A stretch of 64,000 bases of DNA from Candidatus Micrarchaeota archaeon. GTDB taxonomy: Archaea > B1Sed10-29. Below the pieces are notes generated by a model. It searched no databases. It saw only the letters and a program-made list of their open reading frames with translations, and was not told the origin of the DNA. Shown piece after piece: positions 55,555 to 64,000 of this stretch. How positions within the stretch are numbered: position 1 is the first letter of the stretch; each line of letters opens with the position of its first letter. Both the position numbers and the translations under genes were made by a program. Location: the NCBI GenBank assembly GCA_964579265.1, contig CAZOFO010000001.1, positions 15,367 through 79,366 on the forward strand, given 5' to 3'.

Positions 55555-56207
55555 TTTTCTCTCCTTTTTTCTTTTATTATGTTTTTTGACTTTTGATACC
55601 TTTTTTCTATTGGTATGGTTAATGTGTGTTCTTTTTCAGGTATTCTGGTTGCTCCTAGATAGGGTAAGAGTTTTTCTTGACTGGTCCCTGTTATTTCTAC
55701 TGAGGATTTTAGAGATAATCCTAGTGAGTATAGTCTACTAGCTTGTTTTTTCCTACCGTGGTCTATTACTCCTTCGATGTAGTTTCCGGCTTCTTCGTTG
55801 AATTCTTTAATTATTTTCTTTATATTTTCTAGCATTTCTCTTTTCTTTTTTGTATTCTCTTCTAATTCTTTCTGTATCTTTTCTTTGAATTCGTTCCATC
55901 CTGGTTCTTCTCTGTAGTGTGGTTTTCTCAGGATCTTTGATAGGGCGTAAGCGATTATTGACATTTCTATTAATTCTTTTTCTCTTGTTATCATTGCTTT
56001 TTCTGTTATTTGATTGCTAATTTTTCTTAATTTTCTTGGATTGTCTTTTTTGAATGCTTTTTCTATGGATTTTAATTTTTTTTCTTTTTTCATTATGTCT
56101 TCGCTTTTTATTTCTTTCAGTATTTCTTTTTTTTCTTTCTTTTTTCCAAAGTTCTTTATTTTTTTCATTATTTTCTTCATGTTTTTCTCTCCTTTAGAAT
56201 TTTTCAA
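55551..56207 (-). CDS. Hypothetical protein with C-terminal HTH-like segment (UPF0175-like)
   Basis: ASRLYSLGLSLKSSVEITGTSQEKLL; stop overlaps the PIN gene start; true start may be a downstream Met. Confidence 0.6.
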   Translation of the reverse strand: MKNSKGEKNMKKIMKKIKNFGKKKEKKEILKEIKSEDIMKKEKKLKSIEKAFKKDNPRKLRKISNQITEKAMITREKELIEMSIIAYALSKILRKPHYREEPGWNEFKEKIQKELEENTKKKREMLENIKKIIKEFNEEAGNYIEGVIDHGRKKQASRLYSLGLSLKSSVEITGTSQEKLLPYLGATRIPEKEHTLTIPIEKRYQKSKNIIKEKRREK

Positions 56208-57216
56208 GATGGGTTTGTTGAGTCTCTTCTTTCATTTTTTTATTTATTTTCTCCACTACTTTTTCTACTCTTTCTTTGCTGAAGTCGTGTTTTTCCACTA
56301 GTAGTTCTTCTATTTCTTTTTTGTTTGGTTCTCCCCATTCTAGTTTGTATTTGTCAGTTATTTTGGGTTCTTTGAATATTTTCCTTATTTTATCCAAATC
56401 TATCTCTGGTTCTTGGTTTTTTTCTTCATAGGCTTGTTCTGCTTTTTTTCCTTTTTTAACTTTTTTCAATGCTTTTTTTGGTCCTATCCCTTTTATTCCT
56501 TTGTTGTAGTCTGTTCCTGTCATTATTGCTATTTCTATTAGTTTTTCCTGGTCTATACCTAGTTCTTGAAGTGTTTCTTTTAGTTTTATCTGTTCTGGTT
56601 TTATCTCTTTGTATTTGTCCTTGTTCGGTATTTTCCTTTTTCCTGTTATTGTAAGATTTCTCACTAGTATTGGCGTGCCGTAGATAAGTGAATCGTAGTC
56701 TTGACTGCTAGATGCCCATACGTCTCCTTTTTTACATATGTAAGATGCTTGGGCTTCTCCTTCTCCAGGGGCTTGTACTATAGGTATATTCATTGCTTCT
56801 AGAAGTTTTTTTGCTGAATCCACCATTTCTTTTTTCAGTTTCACTGATCCTTGAGCGTGTTTCCTTGCTTCTTTTTTCTTTCCTTTTTTTAGAGCTTCTT
56901 CGTATTTTTTTCTAGCTTCTTCTCTCTTTTTTTCTCTTTCATTTATCTCTTTTTCTTTTGGTTTTGGTGGTTCGCCGTCGAATACGTATACTGGTTTAAT
57001 ATCTTTTTCTATTAGTTTTCCTGTCCTGTACAGAAGTCCTGACAAGTGACTGGTTATTCTGCCCTGGGAGTCTTTTAGAGGTTTACCGTTTCTTTGCCTT
57101 ATTATTGATAGAAATTGATAGAGGGTGTTGTATGCGTCTATAGAGATTTTTCTACCTTTGAAGCTCTTTATCTCTTTTTCTTCCTTGGGTACTATGTCGC
57201 CGATTCCTACTCCCAT
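56194..57216 (-). CDS. fen: Flap endonuclease 1
   Basis: MGVGIG, IDAYNTLYQFLSIIR, GEGEAQA, SQDYDSL and GTDYN motifs; C-terminal PIP-box-like QTHLEKF. Confidence 0.96.
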   Translation of the reverse strand: MGVGIGDIVPKEEKEIKSFKGRKISIDAYNTLYQFLSIIRQRNGKPLKDSQGRITSHLSGLLYRTGKLIEKDIKPVYVFDGEPPKPKEKEINEREKKREEARKKYEEALKKGKKKEARKHAQGSVKLKKEMVDSAKKLLEAMNIPIVQAPGEGEAQASYICKKGDVWASSSQDYDSLIYGTPILVRNLTITGKRKIPNKDKYKEIKPEQIKLKETLQELGIDQEKLIEIAIMTGTDYNKGIKGIGPKKALKKVKKGKKAEQAYEEKNQEPEIDLDKIRKIFKEPKITDKYKLEWGEPNKKEIEELLVEKHDFSKERVEKVVEKINKKMKEETQQTHLEKF

Positions 57217-57357
57217 AAGGATCCCTATTATACTTCAGTGGTTTAATAGTAATAAGTCTTTTTCCAAATTTATTATTTGAATATCTCTACATTATTATGA
57301 GGTTTATGGAATGTAGGTTTAAATAAGTCTGAATCATTATTTTAATAAGGAGGAGTT

Positions 57358-57621
57358 ATGATGGGTAAATCGTCTAAGAGAAAGAAAAATAAGAAAAAAA
57401 CAGATAGTAAGAAAAAAGGACTTGAGATGGTTTTTGATTATGTTAGAAGAGTTGATTATAATCTGAAGGAGCAGGTAAAGTATATAATGGCTTCTGATGA
57501 GTCAAAGGTTCAGAAAATTAATAAAGTGGATCGTTTATTGAATGAAGCTACTATCCCGGATAAGAAAAGAGAAAAGATTCTTGAAGATGTTAAGGAAAAA
57601 CTTGAAAAAGAGAAGTATTGA
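57358..57621 (+). CDS. Small basic hypothetical protein
   Basis: GGAGG ribosome-binding site; 87 aa ORF. Confidence 0.6.
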   Translation: MMGKSSKRKKNKKKTDSKKKGLEMVFDYVRRVDYNLKEQVKYIMASDESKVQKINKVDRLLNEATIPDKKREKILEDVKEKLEKEKY

Positions 57622-57646
57622 TTTATTTTCATTCTTGTGGTGGTGA

Positions 57647-57728
57647 CGCGGGGACCGGGATTCGAACCCGGGAGACCGTAAGGTCACTGGTTTAGCAAAC
57701 CAGCGCACTACCACTATGCGACCCCCGC
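57647..57728 (-). tRNA. tRNA-Ser(GCT)
   Basis: Reverse complement: GCGGGGG/TCCCCGC acceptor stem, CTGGT-TT GCT AA-ACCAG anticodon arm, long variable arm, G discriminator. Confidence 0.95.
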
Positions 57729-57784
57729 TTATTAGATTTCTTTTACTTCGTTTTTATCTTTATATGTCTTATTTGTTTTTATAC

Positions 57785-58492
57785 TTATTCTTTCATTACT
57801 TCGAATGCTTCTTCCAGGTTGTTAACACATGTGACTTCTATTCCTGGGGTTTCCTGGTATTCTTCACACTGGCTTGCTGGAATTAATACTTCTTCTATGT
57901 TTTTTTCTTTAGCTACTTCTATCTTTTCGTCTAGTAGTGAAACTTTTCTTACGGATCCTCTAGATGTAAGTACTCCTGTTGCTGCTTTGTTATCCTCTAG
58001 TTCTTCTCTTGTTATTATCTGTTTTAGAGCTATCCCGAGGGACAGAGATCCGCTTGATCCTTTTATTGATCCTTCTGAAGACACGTGTATTAGTAGGTTT
58101 GTTCTGTTCAGTATTTTACCTGTTTCTTCTTCCACTGCGTCTTTCACATCTCTTGTTGATAACTGGAATGATGAATCGTAATGGTTATTGTTTGTTTTTA
58201 TGAATATATCTCCTCTTCCAGGGGTTGTAGATACTGTGAAGTTTATCATTTTCCCAGTCTCGTTGTCTGGGTGTATCCCTATTCCTTTTACACTTGTTTG
58301 TTCTTCTCGTAGCAATAAGTCTTCTGTATCTGTTCCCCATGGTTCCCTGATTACTCTTTCTTTTGTTATGTATTCTATTTCTTTTTCAGGGGTTTGTCTG
58401 ATCTGCTGGAACATTATTCCTCCTAAAAAAGTTATCTCTGCAAGCACTATTATCGCTATTATCTTCCATACTTCGCTCCATGTTAGTTTCAT
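57785..58492 (-). CDS. Membrane-anchored S16 (Lon proteolytic domain) serine protease, no ATPase domain
   Basis: KGSSGS (Ser), AATGVL and DEKIEVA (Lys) ... VLIP motifs; N-terminal TM helix. Confidence 0.75.
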   Translation of the reverse strand: MKLTWSEVWKIIAIIVLAEITFLGGIMFQQIRQTPEKEIEYITKERVIREPWGTDTEDLLLREEQTSVKGIGIHPDNETGKMINFTVSTTPGRGDIFIKTNNNHYDSSFQLSTRDVKDAVEEETGKILNRTNLLIHVSSEGSIKGSSGSLSLGIALKQIITREELEDNKAATGVLTSRGSVRKVSLLDEKIEVAKEKNIEEVLIPASQCEEYQETPGIEVTCVNNLEEAFEVMKE

Positions 58493-58525
58493 TTTTTCCC
58501 TTTTTTTTCCTTATTAGTTTTAAGT

Positions 58526-58801
58526 GGTGGACGTGCCCAGAGGTTGCTGGATCCTCATCGTAGTCGGCTACCCAACATACACCTCATCTCTGCGACCTTC
58601 TAGACACCCTGGATGTATGTTAGGGCTGCTCCCGCCAGGGCCTGACCCGGTTCCATACACCTAGAGTCCTAGAAGACAGAGAGTCGACGGTGTATGATGG
58701 ACCGCTACGTTTATTAGATCCAGCTTCCGCTGGAACTCGCCTCTCCGTATCGGGGTTTTGAGATTAATAGGAGACCCCTAACCTCCCGGCTCCAGTCCAC
58801 C
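58526..58801 (-). ncRNA. ffs: SRP RNA (7S)
   Basis: Terminal helix GGUGGAC/GUCCACC; helix 8 signature GAACC-GGG-UCAGG-CCC...GGG-AGCAG-CCC. Confidence 0.9.
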
Positions 58802-59027
58802 GTATTAATTTTTTCGCTCCGGGTAGTTAAATCCTTTTTCTTTTTTATGTTTTTCCAAAAAGTACTGCAATTATTTTACAAGCTGTTTTGGGTTAGTTAG
58901 GGGTCCTTTTCTCAGTCTGTAATTTGGAATTCTCTTTTTTAGACTGGCTTTTACCGAATCTTTTCCATGTTTAAACATAAGTAATAAAAAGTAGTTTAAC
59001 CCAAATTTAATATGAGGTGACGCCATA

Positions 59028-60113
59028 GTGGAATCAATGGTAGAAAGAGCAGATGATGCTCATGAAGAAAAGAAAGAACAACAGGCCGAATTGATTGAAG
59101 GGCCCAACATACAAGTGATCGGAGCAGGAGGAGCAGGAAACAATACAGTTAACCGATTAGCTAGAATTGGTATTGAAGGAGCAGAAATGATTGCAGTAAA
59201 TACTGACAAACAGCATTTAGGATTAGTACATGACTCGGTTAAGAAAATACTTGTTGGACAAAGTGTTACTCAAGGACTAGGAGCTGGTGGAGAACCTACA
59301 GTAGGAGCAAAAGCCGCTGAAGTTTCTCGAGGCACTCTAGCAGATGCTATGGAAGGAGTAGACATGTTGTTCCTTACCGCCGGAATGGGTGGTGGAACAG
59401 GTACAGGAGCCGCTCCAATAATAGCTGACGTTGCAAAGGAACAAGGAGCAATAGTAATATCAATGGTAACATACCCATTCAAACTAGAAAAAGCTAGACT
59501 AGATAAAGCGGACGAAGGAATAAAGAAACTGAGAAATGCAGCTGACACTGTAATTGTAATAGATAATAACCGACTAGTAGAGTTAGTACCAAACCTTCCA
59601 ATGGAACAAGCTTTCTCAGTAGCTGATGAGGTAATTGCAAGAGCAGTAAAAGGAATAACTGAAACAATAACAACACCTTCTCTAATCAACTTAGACTACG
59701 CTGACGTTAGAGCAATAATGCAAGAAGCAGGAGTGTCAGTAATATCAGTAGGGGAAGCTAAAGGACACAGTAGAACTGAAGAAGCGGTTGAAGATACTCT
59801 AAAGAACAGCTTGCTCGATGTTGACTACGCTGGAGCACAGGGATGCTTGATACATATAACAGGCGGACCGGACATGACTCTAGGTGAAGCTAACGAGATA
59901 GGTGAAGAAGTAACAGAAGCAGTTGACCCAAGTGCAACAGTTATCTGGGGAGCTAGAGTAACACCTGAATACGAAGGAAAAGTGGAAGTAATATCCATAA
60001 TGACAGGTGTACAATCACCCAATATTAGAGGACCGATGGGTGAAGGAATGGAGTCTTCTTCAGAGAAACAAGTAGTTAAAGAAGGAGAACTAGGAATAGA
60101 TTACCTGAAGTAG
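59028..60113 (+). CDS. ftsZ: Cell division protein FtsZ
   Basis: [27 protein letters not shown] and INLDYADV motifs. Confidence 0.97.
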   Translation: MESMVERADDAHEEKKEQQAELIEGPNIQVIGAGGAGNNTVNRLARIGIEGAEMIAVNTDKQHLGLVHDSVKKILVGQSVTQGLGAGGEPTVGAKAAEVSRGTLADAMEGVDMLFLTAGMGGGTGTGAAPIIADVAKEQGAIVISMVTYPFKLEKARLDKADEGIKKLRNAADTVIVIDNNRLVELVPNLPMEQAFSVADEVIARAVKGITETITTPSLINLDYADVRAIMQEAGVSVISVGEAKGHSRTEEAVEDTLKNSLLDVDYAGAQGCLIHITGGPDMTLGEANEIGEEVTEAVDPSATVIWGARVTPEYEGKVEVISIMTGVQSPNIRGPMGEGMESSSEKQVVKEGELGIDYLK

Positions 60114-60231
60114 GTTTTATTAGAAGAAAACCGGAAAAAGTAGTAGAAGGATTCAGGGACCTGCTGAAACAGGTTTTCCTGGTATCTTTATTTTTATCTT
60201 TTTTATCCAATTCTTAGTTTTTGCATTAGTT

Positions 60232-61518
60232 CTAGAAGAAGTAAGGAAGTACATTTATTATTAGCATGATAGTGACTATTACCGTTAATATTAACGATAC
60301 AATTTTACCTGTTTTCTCTGAATCTATCCCTGCTTTTTCACCGTAGAAACCAGCTATGTCTTCTGTTATCCTTGCTCCATCAAATATAGCGAAGGGAAGG
60401 TAGTTTATAACTCCTATTAAAAAGTTAAGAAGAACTATCCAGGTAAATATCTCTATTATATGGTTTTTTATGAAGTACCCTGGTCCTAATATTCCTTTTT
60501 CCTCTTGTCTAACTGATATGCCTAGACTGCCGTACATATCCGTTTTTCCATCTATCTCTCCTTTATCTGTTTCTAGAGTTATCTCTTGTCCTGGTTCTTC
60601 TAATTCGTATATCTCTTCAATATTGTATATCTTTGTACCTGTTTCTAGTTCTCCATGGAAAGGAGACTCTTCAGGAACTTCAGTTACTTCCCAGTACTCT
60701 ATATTTTCTATTGCTTGTTGTTGTAGTCCTGGGGCTATGAAAAGTTGTAGTGGAAGTAAGAAGACTAATCCTATTGCAAATGCGGTGATGAAATTATTCA
60801 TGGATCCTATTGAATAGACTCTTGTTCTTTTCTTTTTAGATGTTTCCTCTAATTCTTCTTCATCTGGTTCGGTAAATGCTCCTATTGGAATTATACCTAG
60901 TGTTAACAGTCCCACTGATTTTACTGCTATTCCTTCTACCCTTGCTACTATGCCGTGTCCCCATTCGTGGACTATTAGTAGTATTACCAATCCTATTAGA
61001 GCTGATATTGGCACTTGTAGGGGCACACCTGGAACTTCTACTCCTGGTATGACAGGAGCTACTCCTGGCATAGCTGCTTCTCCTGCTAAGAGGTCACTTA
61101 TTATCATTCCAGATTGGTGTAAGAGAGCTAGAAATGCAAATCCTCCTATACCTGTGATTACAGTTACTATCCCTGAGACACTTGTACCTATTGCTCCTGA
61201 TGGGATTATTATGAATGCTATGGATGATATCAAAAATACTATGTAGTATAGAATTATTTTTCCTGCTTTTTTCTTTTGTTGGTAGAGGAGAAATATGGCT
61301 GAGATTAATCCAAATGAAAAAACTATCCCTAGATCAGCTATTGTTCTCCATAGTTTTTCTTTTTCTGATAGTTTTTCAATGATCCCTAGGCTTTTTTTAG
61401 TCTTCCATAGGCACAGAGGTCCGTGTATCTCTGCATTTGTTTTCTTTTTAAATATTAGAGCTGGTACTGTGGCTAATATAGCTATTACTATTAGTATTAT
61501 CGCTGTTGATGAAATCAT
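60232..61518 (-). CDS. Site-2 protease (M50 intramembrane metalloprotease)
   Basis: VHEWGHG, GAFTEPDE and NYLPFAIFDGAR motifs. Confidence 0.92.
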   Translation of the reverse strand: MISSTAIILIVIAILATVPALIFKKKTNAEIHGPLCLWKTKKSLGIIEKLSEKEKLWRTIADLGIVFSFGLISAIFLLYQQKKKAGKIILYYIVFLISSIAFIIIPSGAIGTSVSGIVTVITGIGGFAFLALLHQSGMIISDLLAGEAAMPGVAPVIPGVEVPGVPLQVPISALIGLVILLIVHEWGHGIVARVEGIAVKSVGLLTLGIIPIGAFTEPDEEELEETSKKKRTRVYSIGSMNNFITAFAIGLVFLLPLQLFIAPGLQQQAIENIEYWEVTEVPEESPFHGELETGTKIYNIEEIYELEEPGQEITLETDKGEIDGKTDMYGSLGISVRQEEKGILGPGYFIKNHIIEIFTWIVLLNFLIGVINYLPFAIFDGARITEDIAGFYGEKAGIDSEKTGKIVSLILTVIVTIMLIINVLPYFF

Positions 61519-61542
61519 TGTTTTTCTCTTTTTTTATATTTT

Positions 61543-62010
61543 TTAACTTTCTTTTATCTCTATTACGTCTCCTATTGTAGCTTTCTTCTTTTTTTTCTTC
61601 TTTTTCTTGTAATCTTTTGAGCTGGAGATCTTTCTGTATAATTCTATATCCAATTCTTTTTTTATTTTCTTTATTGTTTTTTCCAATGGCTTTATTTTTT
61701 GGCTTTCTATTTTCTTGATGGTCGATTCTTTTTCGTTTATCCTGTTGGAGAGTTCTTCTTGAGTTATTCCTATTTTTTCTCTTTCTTTTTTTATTTTTTT
61801 TCCGTATTTTGGGATTAGTTCTTTCTCTGGCTTTTCTTTTCTACTTTTGTTTTTCTCTTTTTTCTTCTTTTTCTTCTTTTTTTCCTTTTTCTCTTTTCTT
61901 ATTTCTTTTCCATGGTCTCTACAGTTTTTACATACTTTTAATTTTGAATTACCTACTTTAGTTATCCATCTTTGTTTTGTTTCTTTTCCACAGATTTCGC
62001 AGTCTTTCAT
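61543..62010 (-). CDS. Multiprotein bridging factor aMBF1
   Basis: CEICG...VCKNC zinc ribbon plus HTH (TQEELSNRINEKESTIKKIE); C-terminal TIGDV. Confidence 0.9.
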   Translation of the reverse strand: MKDCEICGKETKQRWITKVGNSKLKVCKNCRDHGKEIRKEKKEKKKKKKKKEKNKSRKEKPEKELIPKYGKKIKKEREKIGITQEELSNRINEKESTIKKIESQKIKPLEKTIKKIKKELDIELYRKISSSKDYKKKKKKKKKATIGDVIEIKES

Positions 62011-62023
62011 CTGGGATCATTTT

Positions 62024-62527
62024 TTATTTTTCAATTGTTTCTTTATTTTCAGAATCTTGTTTTTCTTTTTCTATTTTTACTTCTAGGATATTGTTCTTGT
62101 AGTTTTTTTCCTTTATCTCCTTTATTATCCCTGCTATTGGACATTCTTTATACCTTTCAGGTGTTTTTATTACTAATTTGTTATTCTCTATTTTTGTTTC
62201 TATTTCATCTTTTTCTAGTTCTTCTTTTATCTCCATGAGTACGCTTACTTTGTCTCCTTTGTCTATCACGTCCAGCATTTCTGAGGTTTCTTTTGGTTTT
62301 CTTTGTTGTGTTAGGCTGGATCTTATTTCAACGGGTTTTTCTCCAGTTTTTTCCATAGAGAAGTTCACTTCTATGTTTTTAGGGTTTCTTATTTCCCCTT
62401 TTTCTTTCCTGAGGTTTTCTTCGAAGGTTGAGTCCATCATTTCGTCCATTTTCCTCTGCATTTCCTCAAAGATTTCTTCTATTGGGGTTCTTTCTTTTCT
62501 TTCATTTCCTTCGTTTTCCGATTCCAT
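62024..62527 (-). CDS. Small heat shock protein (Hsp20-like)
   Basis: LDVIDKGDKVSVLMEI and YKNNILEVKI motifs; divergent. Confidence 0.7.
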   Translation of the reverse strand: MESENEGNERKERTPIEEIFEEMQRKMDEMMDSTFEENLRKEKGEIRNPKNIEVNFSMEKTGEKPVEIRSSLTQQRKPKETSEMLDVIDKGDKVSVLMEIKEELEKDEIETKIENNKLVIKTPERYKECPIAGIIKEIKEKNYKNNILEVKIEKEKQDSENKETIEK

Positions 62528-62632
62528 CTTAATCTCCTCTTGATGTGTAGATATTTAAAGATTTTGTGGTTTAAAACTCTTTCTCTGCCTTACTTTTTCA
62601 TTTTTTTGCATTTTTTTCCTTTTTATAGTTTT

Positions 62633-63748
62633 TTATTGTTTCAGGTTTTTAGATAGTTTTTTAAGAGCTTTTCTCTTCTCTTTTTTGTTTATTTCGGATT
62701 GTTCTATGGTTTTTTCCAGTGTCTTTGTTGTTTCGTTGTATCTTTTTTTGTTTACTGGGTACGGGTATCCGTCTTTTCCTCCGTGTGCAAATGAGTATGT
62801 TGCTGGATCTTCGAAACTTGGTTTTTCATTGTATATCAGATCTGATATTAGTGCCAGTGCTCTTAGTGTTTTTTTACCTATCCCTTCTATTTGCACTAGT
62901 TCTTTATAGTCTTTTGGTTGTATTTCTTCTGCTTTATTAAGTGCTTTTTTTATTTGAGGACTCATTTTTACTTCGTGTCTTGGTGATAGGGTTTTTTCTT
63001 TTTTTGTTTGTTCTATTAGGTTCGGAGGTTGTTCTTTATTTAGTGTTTTTTGTCCTTTTGGTCTGAAGTATTTTTCTATTTGTTCTCCGTCTTTTACTAA
63101 ATCTACACTGATTTTTCTTGTTTTTTTACTTTTTTTAGATGTCAGGTCCAGTGTTTTTGTTTTTTCTTGAGTTGATATTCCTTCGTGCGGTTCTTCTATT
63201 GTATTTTCTGGGGAGTACCAGTGGTATCTTCTTGCGTATCCTTTTTTATCTTGTTCTTTCATTCCTTGTTGTATCACTGTCCATTCTCCTTTTTCTGTGA
63301 AGAAGAAGGTATGGTGATAAAGAGTATGTTGGTCTTGTAGACAGTTTGAATCTATTTTAGCGCTTAATCTACTTTTCAATTTTAGTTCTTCTGCTTTGCT
63401 TGGTTTTACTTCTAGTTTTTTGGCTTTTTCTATTATTTGTTGTGGTGTTTTTCTGGAGGTTTTTCCTTTTCCTCCGCATACGGCTATTCCTTTGTTTTGT
63501 TCGTTTAGAGATTCTCTTAGGGCTGCTGTTGTTACTGTAGTTACTCCTGAACTATGCCAGTCATAACCTAATGCGCAGGAGAGAGATTGGAACCATGTTG
63601 GATCGCTTAATTTTCTTAAAAATTCTTCTTGTCCTTTTTCTTCTATTATTGTAGCTGTTATTGGTTTGGCTAGTTTTTTCATTTTGCCGTATAGCCACTT
63701 TGGACATTTTCCTCCGTGTAGAGGTAGATTAATCGTTTTTCTTTCCAA
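62633..63748 (-). CDS. DUF763 family protein
   Basis: LPLHGGKCP, LGYDWHSSGVTT, ARRYHW and FAHGGKDGYPYPV motifs. Confidence 0.9.
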   Translation of the reverse strand: MERKTINLPLHGGKCPKWLYGKMKKLAKPITATIIEEKGQEEFLRKLSDPTWFQSLSCALGYDWHSSGVTTVTTAALRESLNEQNKGIAVCGGKGKTSRKTPQQIIEKAKKLEVKPSKAEELKLKSRLSAKIDSNCLQDQHTLYHHTFFFTEKGEWTVIQQGMKEQDKKGYARRYHWYSPENTIEEPHEGISTQEKTKTLDLTSKKSKKTRKISVDLVKDGEQIEKYFRPKGQKTLNKEQPPNLIEQTKKEKTLSPRHEVKMSPQIKKALNKAEEIQPKDYKELVQIEGIGKKTLRALALISDLIYNEKPSFEDPATYSFAHGGKDGYPYPVNKKRYNETTKTLEKTIEQSEINKKEKRKALKKLSKNLKQ

Positions 63749-63793
63749 TTTTTATTCCTTTTTAATGTTTTTTTAATGGTTTTAAATTTTTAT

Positions 63794-64000
63794 CTATGAA
63801 TAGTAGTCTTTTATTCTTTCTTTAAGCATTATTAAGTCATCTTTTTCTTTTATTTCTTCTTTGTGTTTTTTAATATTCGGTTTGACGTCTATTTTAAATA
63901 ATTTGTTTTCTTCTCCTCCTATCTCTGTTTCATGTTCCATTTCTCCGGTTGGTAGGCTAAATTTCATTTTGGTTTCTCCACTGGTTTCTTTTACTTTTTT
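63794..64000 (-). CDS. 3' end of a hypothetical protein (partial)
   Basis: Open frame from the window edge (KKVKETSGETKMKFSLP...IKDYYS) to TAG at 63794-63796. Confidence 0.6.
   Translation of the reverse strand, partial: KKVKETSGETKMKFSLPTGEMEHETEIGGEENKLFKIDVKPNIKKHKEEIKEKDDLIMLKERIKDYYS

Noticed and set aside
60148..60190. Imperfect hairpin downstream of ftsZ
   Set aside because: It lies between convergent genes and is adequately explained as a terminator; no ncRNA motif seen.

Overview
A 64 kb, AT-rich, gene-dense archaeal window. It encodes FEN1, MBF1, a PAC2-type chaperone, Trm5, FtsZ and tRNAs with bulge-helix-bulge (BHB) introns. Compact gene packing, many small class III signal-peptide proteins and an isolated 5S rRNA suggest a DPANN-type lineage, and the very acidic exported proteins suggest a saline habitat (both are inference). 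There are three type IV pilus-related loci: a pilin-like cluster at 2-2556, a TadA/B/C locus at 14.1-17.7 kb and a full ATPase/TadB/TadC/pilin locus at 39.8-48.0 kb. The window also holds central metabolism genes (2-oxoacid:ferredoxin oxidoreductase, PEP synthase, an aminotransferase), TrkH/TrkA, seven tRNAs (two with introns), 5S rRNA, SRP RNA and a probable box C/D guide RNA. I found no CRISPR array, integrase or transposase. The most notable observations are: (1) a pilus ATPase fused to an N-terminal ferredoxin-like domain whose 12 Cys fit three [4Fe-4S] clusters; (2) a small structured RNA with its own promoter and terminator directly upstream of a NYN ribonuclease gene inside a tRNA cluster; (3) a membrane-anchored HTH regulator divergent from two exported-protein genes, with a 10-bp-periodic repeat array between them; (4) an SRP RNA apparently lacking helix 6 and the helix 8 GNRA loop; (5) a tRNA-Gln with a D-loop intron and C33; (6) a G-run frameshift just after a start codon. 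All family names come from motif recognition by eye; no database searches were run.
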